This document shows, in pieces, positions 9,303 to 14,297 of a stretch of DNA of 14,297 nucleotides; the stretch's first letter is position 1; the number at the start of each line of letters is the position of its first letter. A model generated the notes under the pieces. That model was not told the origin of the DNA, did not search any database, and worked only from the letters and a program-made list of their open reading frames with translations. The stretch comes from Octopus sinensis (Eukaryota): positions 1 to 14,297 of the forward strand of contig NW_021826386.1 of the NCBI RefSeq assembly GCF_006345805.1, read 5' to 3'. The position numbers and the translations under genes were made by a program.

Positions 9303-9618
9303 ATTTTTGACAACCCAGGTTAACATCTGTATATAAAGGTGGAATGGATAGGTCCGAATATACTTTTCTCGTATATTATCTCAGTCCTTTACTCCCACTT
9401 TCTTCACCTTCCTTTTTCTTTCTCTTTATCTCTTATCTTTCTTGCTTTCTTTCATTATCATCATCATCACCACCACCATCAAATATATACATATACTGGT
9501 ATTATGTAGACTGTTTTATATCGTAATCTATTTGCGGAATACCTTTTCAAAGAACAGTTTCATTCTGTTCTTTGATTGTCCACATCAATGGCCTAAGTGA
9601 TGTAGATTGTCTACTTAC

Positions 9619-9636
9619 TGTTCTAAGTTCTCTTCT
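9619..9636 (-). other. Candidate 18 nt microexon
   Basis: Minus strand reads tttgcag|AGAAGAGAACTTAGAACA|gtaagt, with branch-like CTAAC at 9681-9685. RRELRT in phase 0. Confidence 0.4.
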
Positions 9637-9723
9637 CTGCAAATTTCAAGTAAAAATCTTGTTACGTACTTGTAATAAAAGTTAGCTCATTCTTAAAATT
9701 GTACAAATAATTTGAAACTTTAC

Positions 9724-9814
9724 TTCGAGGCTGCACAGATTTGATCTCATTTTCTTAATATAATTTATAAGTGCTGTTGCGTTTTTCAGGGACACACAGA
9801 GAAGAAATGAAATA
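9724..9814 (-). other. Candidate 91 nt exon
   Basis: Strong acceptor tgtttgttgtttctttgtag but weak donor GAA|gtaaag. One open frame: ISFLLCVSLKNATALINYIKKMRSNLCSLE. Confidence 0.25.
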
Positions 9815-10177
9815 CTACAAAGAAACAACAAACACTAACCAAAGCATAAAAAACAAAACAAAACAATATGGTGCAATCCGCCACACGACCTTCAAGTAAA
9901 GAAATATCAAAAACTTTCTTTTAATTATTACAAAAGCATATTTCATCTAACCACTAATACTATAAATTGTTAAATGAAAAGAACATAAAAATCTCTTTCT
10001 CTAATTTGACAAACCAAAAGAAGTCGACAATAACGCAAATAATTGAAAATTTCTTACTAAAGAAATAATTTATTGAGCTACTGTTCACTTTAATACTTCA
10101 TCCCAACTTTATCTCCCATCTTTCCCTACCTTTAATTTTACTCAATTCCATACCAAAGTTTTCCTCTCCTCACTTAC

Positions 10178-10195
10178 AGTCGCTCTTTTAATTAT
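10178..10195 (-). other. Candidate 18 nt microexon
   Basis: cttgtag|ATAATTAAAAGAGCGACT|gtaagtg; consensus donor but weak pyrimidine tract. IIKRAT in phase 0. Confidence 0.3.
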
Positions 10196-10319
10196 CTACA
10201 AGCTGACTCAAAGGCGGGTTTAACCAAGACATACACCCATTTTAGAACTCCCCTTCAAAACTAATTTATTTCCCTGGCTGAGTGTATATGGAATTAAAAC
10301 TTGCTGCTAAACGCCTTAC

Positions 10320-10341
10320 ATTATATATTGGACACACCAAA
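10320..10341 (-). other. Candidate 22 nt microexon
   Basis: ttaatttttgttgttttttag|TTTGGTGTGTCCAATATATAAT|gtaagg. Confidence 0.35.
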
Positions 10342-10608
10342 CTAAAAAACAACAAAAATTAACATTGTCAGATGTACACTGGTGTAATATACGAAATATT
10401 CTGTGAAATAAAGCAGCTTTATAAACATTCTGAAATAATCATTCCATGTTAGAAAAAACTTACTCTACTATAAAACTTTATATTAATTATTTCAAAGGTT
10501 TTATACGATTTTCAATAATTCAACAGCTTCGTATATTCATGTCTTCCTATATAAAAATAGCAGAAAGCGAAGATTTGTTCACTTATAGAAACTGAATGGC
10601 AAAACTTG

Positions 10609-10640
10609 ATATATATATATATATATACATATACAAGCAG

Positions 10641-10701
<61 letters not shown>
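10609..10701. repeat. (TA)n-(CA)n-(TA)n compound microsatellite
   Basis: Read directly. Confidence 0.95.
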
Positions 10702-10703
<2 letters not shown>

Positions 10704-10867
10704 GTATAATAAGAGCTGCAAGTCTTGTTAGATACAGCTACCCAAGGTTTCCTGGTCGAAACATTAATTTCCCATTTTTCAGGCTGAGAACAAAACCGTT
10801 TTGTCAGTTGTAACATTATTTTTATTCTCTTAGCTGATCAAGTATTAGTGTACTTGTCGAAGCGATA

Positions 10868-11041
10868 CCACACACATATATATATACATTCATTCATTCA
10901 TGCATACATACATACATACATACATATATATATATATACATACAATAATGCATACATACATATATACATACATCCATTCCTTCATGCATACATACATGCA
11001 TGTACACACACACACACACACACACAACACACACACACACA
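10868..11041. repeat. (CATA)n/(CA)n compound microsatellite
   Basis: Read directly. Confidence 0.9.
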
Positions 11042-11049
11042 GAGTCAGA

Positions 11050-11200
11050 TTGAATAATCGAACATAAAAAATATTAATAACGAAGCAACAAGAGGACGTG
11101 CACATGGAATGCATTAGTTTGACGCTCGGTAAAAAGAGAAAGATTTTGACGTTTCGAACATACCTCTTCGTCTGAAAGTGAAACGGAAAAATCCGTTCGT
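11050..11200 (-). mobile_element. Probable Penelope-like element terminal fragment with degenerate minimal hammerhead motif
   Basis: Minus strand 11177-11144 reads ttt-CAGACGA-A-GAGgtatgTTC-GAAACGTC-aaaa. This is the layout of PLE-associated minimal type I hammerheads, with one core mismatch. Confidence 0.55.
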
Positions 11201-11257
11201 GTATGTATGTATTTATGTATGTATGTACGTATGTATGTATGTATGTACGTATGTACG

Positions 11258-11289
<32 letters not shown>

Positions 11290-11359
11290 TGTATGTATGT
11301 ATGTATGTATGTGTATGTATGTATGTATGTTTGTGTATATATCTATATATATATATATG

Positions 11360-11392
<33 letters not shown>

Positions 11393-11394
11393 AT
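11200..11394. repeat. (TATG)n followed by (TA)n
   Basis: Read directly. Confidence 0.95.
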
Positions 11395-12387
11395 TAATAA
11401 ATAAAACATATGCATAATATATACAATATGTACGTACCTACTTCTACATGTATATACACGCATATATGAGTACAGGACACCCAAAAAACGTCGAACACAA
11501 TGAGAAACGAATGAGAAACGAAAACATAGACACAAACCCAAGGAACTGGACATTTTTCTTAAAAAAAAAATAGAGTACAGGACAAATAACACAAGGAAAA
11601 AACCCCTTCTTCAGTCGCCATGGTTTCATCTACTCTACGTTTCGAAGGTGAAGGCGAGACGTATCTTCGATAGAAACTTTCCTTCCTGCGAAAAGCAAAT
11701 CAAATAAAATTTGAGATCTTTTTGCAGAGGGGTAAAAATGGTAACAAAAACAGGACAGTAACGACAGTACAAAAATAGAAGCAGTAAAAGATAGGACAAG
11801 GAAAATAACAAGACTAGAAGGGCTGTTAAGCCGAACGAAAAAAAGTATTACGAACGCTATTTCTGTGGACGGCGAAGGGGGCAAAGAAAATTGCCGTCCA
11901 GACCTCAAGAAGGTCAGGCGAGAAAGAAGGTGGCAAGGCTCTCGTCGCGTGTTCACGGCGGGAGGGAGGAGGAGGAGTAAGAGAAAGGGAGAGAAGAAAG
12001 GGGAATGGTTGTGAGGAAACCAGAAAGAATGAAGAATGAGAGAGAGGGAGAGAGAGAGAGTGTGAAGAATGAGAGAGAGGGAGAGACAGTTAAGTAGAAG
12101 AAAAGGAAATCAAAGAATGAAGGCTGAGAAAGGGAGGGGACAGAAAGGTTAAGAGTGCGCATCAAAATTAATATCAAGAACAATCTTACTTAGAAGGGGA
12201 TGCGTGCGTTCCGTCATATAATATATTAATAAATAAAGCATATGCATATATATATACATATATGTACGTACCTACCTCTACATGTATATATACACGCATA
12301 TATGAGTACAGGACACAAAAAAAACGTCGAACAGAATGAGAAACGAAAACATAGACACAAACCCAAGGAACTGGACATATTTCTTAA
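11389..12387 (-). mobile_element. Non-coding element with terminal direct repeat (Penelope pseudo-LTR/retrozyme-like) in (TA)n
   Basis: 11389-11562 is repeated at 12221-12387 (offset 832), with (TA)n on both sides and no recognisable ORF. The repeat is directly visible; class and strand are inferred. Confidence 0.6.
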
Positions 12388-12389
12388 GG

Positions 12390-12391
<2 letters not shown>

Positions 12392-12445
<54 letters not shown>

Positions 12446-12460
12446 TATAATATATATATA
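12392..12460. repeat. (TA)n microsatellite
   Basis: Read directly. Confidence 0.95.
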
Positions 12461-12946
12461 TCCTCCCTACCCCACTGGCTTCAGCCTACTAACTTTAGCT
12501 AAAATACAGTCAAATGTACCAAAGTTAAATTCCTCATAAAAGGGTTGGATTTATGGCTCTGCCATTTAAACTGTCCCTTCCTCTATCTATAAATAGAAAA
12601 ATTTCTTGATTGTCTCCACTGAACTTAATGGAACCCCCCCTCCCTATTGGTAAATCTAAATAACAAAGTGAACTCTGTGATAAAAAAAATCTGCCCATGA
12701 GTTAAGATCTTCTACTACCATGTTTTTATTGATGAATTTCACCTCACTGTATATATACCTACCCTCTTTGTAATCTTGGCAAATGGAATAAGTATAAAAA
12801 TGAACATATATATATATATATATAATTCCATGTGTGGCTGAAAAGTGCTCTACATTTTAAAACTGATGTAATACATTGTTTAATTAAATGAAGTAGCATG
12901 AAATGATTGTGCTATACTACCTTTGGATATCCTTGTTGATTATTTT

Positions 12947-12955
12947 GATATATAT

Positions 12956-12987
<32 letters not shown>

Positions 12988-13007
12988 CACACACATATGT
13001 ATATATA
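12947..13007. repeat. (TA)n microsatellite
   Basis: Read directly. Confidence 0.9.
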
Positions 13008-13109
13008 CCGATGAGTATTCAGTCGTCTGATTAACTGAATAACCTGTTTCAAACAGGATGAGGATGACATGTGACAAGGCCGTATATTTTCGGATTACAG
13101 GTGTAATCT

Positions 13110-13272
13110 ACACGACACACTTCTACATAGTTTCCTTGCACCCTATTTCATCCACAATGCGTGAGTCATCCCGAAATTATTGAAAATGGCCCTGGGTAAA
13201 ATACCACCAATTGGGATCGAACCCAGACCTTTGTCTTTTAGAAGCAAACTTCTTAACCATTCGGCCATACCA
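13110..13272 (-). mobile_element. 5' half of family B SINE with tRNA(Arg)-like head
   Basis: A box TGGCCGAATGG (13257-13267), B box GGTTCGATCCC (13213-13223) and loop CT-TCT-AA between them. The body aligns by eye with 6884-7018. Confidence 0.8.
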
Positions 13273-13914
13273 TCCTATATAAACATAATGACACACACAC
13301 AGACGTGATTTATAACAAAATTTGAAATTTGTACAAATTTTGTCGCCAAAATATAGGATAATACAACATATACTATTATTCTCTTTTTTCTTTACTCTCT
13401 ATTCAAGTCTCTATGCTAAAGAACGAAAGACATACATGAAGACGGTTTTATATATGGCAAAAAATACAAATTTCGATTGCATTTACCCTCGCCTCGGAAA
13501 CAGCGATTCTTGCTGTCAATTTGTCTACTGTATGACAGGCAGCTATATTTGAGTGCTGCTATCGTTATCTTTATTGCCATCATATTTTGAGCTGTCAAAC
13601 AAACCAGCTAACATGCATGTTTTGTCCTTTTCCTCAACTTTAATGCATCCCTTTCATTTTTGCGTATAAAATAAAAAATGCTTCTATTTACAAATTTCAT
13701 GGTTTCCACACAATGCTCGAAATGCAACTTAGGAAAACGGAGAATGGGGTGGGTAATAAAAATATTCAAATCATCCAGCCAAGATGATCTGCTGTAATTC
13801 TGGTATTCTGTTTTCTGATGAATCAACAACTATTTTTAGGGTCTTGAAAAATCTTCCATCAATTTGTCAACGTTGTGTGTGTTTGTGAGTATGTATGTAA
13901 GTATACTTATATGT

Positions 13915-14060
13915 ATGGGTGTGTCTTTACGCTCGTGTTTGTTCCCACTACCGCTTGGTAAACGGTGATGATTTATTTATCTCAATGTACCTAGACCGAT
14001 AGAATATACCAGATTGAGCTGGATTTGTATCGCTACAACTTTCGAGGTAGTTCCTCTGCA
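13915..14060 (+). mobile_element. Decayed 3' half of family B SINE
   Basis: gtgtttgttccc and gaccgatagaatataccag match the reverse complement of 6625-6800. Confidence 0.7.
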
Positions 14061-14118
14061 TTTATTTCAAGTCATTAGACCGTGGCCGTACTGGGACACC
14101 GTCTTGAAAGTTTTAGTA
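14061..14118 (-). mobile_element. 3' terminal fragment of family B SINE
   Basis: tttcaagtcattagaccgtggccgtactgggacaccgtcttgaa matches 6605-6647 in the same orientation. Confidence 0.75.
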
Positions 14119-14139
14119 TATTTGCATACAAAATCATCG

Positions 14140-14297
14140 TATATATATAATTATAGATATATATATTATATATATATATATATATTATATATAATATATA
14201 TATATACAAGATGATTTTGTATGTAATAATATATGTATGTATGTATGTATGTATTATGTATGTATGTATGTATGTATGTATGTATGTAGGTATGTAT
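14140..14297. repeat. (TA)n and (TATG)n running to the window end
   Basis: Read directly. Confidence 0.9.

Noticed and set aside
9049-9630. 13 nt identity CTGTTCTAAGTTC at 9049-9061 and 9618-9630
   Set aside because: Flanks do not align; one such match in an AT-rich 14 kb window can arise by chance.
10828-10868. CTGATCAAGTA...TACTTGTCGAAG hammerhead-like stem on the + strand
   Set aside because: Both core boxes deviate (CTGATCA, GAAG) and stem I is absent.
11603-11672. Intact hammerhead in the 832 bp unit (minus-strand GAAACGTA at 11636-11643 and CTGAAGA at 11608-11614)
   Set aside because: Both boxes occur in permuted order, but stem I cannot form and stem II is weak. At most a relic, worth rechecking on the family consensus.
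13205-13272. Functional tRNA-Arg gene
   Set aside because: T stem and acceptor stem do not pair properly, and the sequence continues into a SINE body.
13815-13856. CTGATGA...GAAA hammerhead on the + strand
   Set aside because: Intervening sequence does not form stem II.

Overview
AT-rich, microsatellite-saturated eukaryotic DNA, most likely intronic or intergenic. From memory the SINE families look like those of Octopus/coleoid cephalopods; this was not checked by search. No intact protein-coding gene is recognisable, and most supplied ORFs are translations of simple repeats. The window contains: (1) a head-to-tail, partly nested array of about 10 tRNA-derived SINE copies (about 3340-5280, +); (2) four pieces of a second, CORE-type tRNA-derived SINE family (6570-7020 -, 13110-13272 -, 13915-14060 +, 14061-14118 -); (3) a decayed hAT (Charlie/Buster, SCAND3-like) transposase (8359-9125, -); (4) a short fragment with a degenerate minimal hammerhead motif (11050-11200, -) beside a ~1 kb non-coding element with a ~170 bp terminal direct repeat embedded in (TA)n, resembling a Penelope pseudo-LTR or retrozyme (11389-12387); (5) a repeat-free ~1 kb island (9600-10550) with clustered minus-strand splice signals outlining 18-22 nt candidate microexons; and (6) a possible regulatory island near 2045-2460. 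The best leads are the microexon cluster, the self-nesting SINE array and the Penelope/retrozyme-like element. All three are hypotheses, and I cannot claim a new system from sequence alone.
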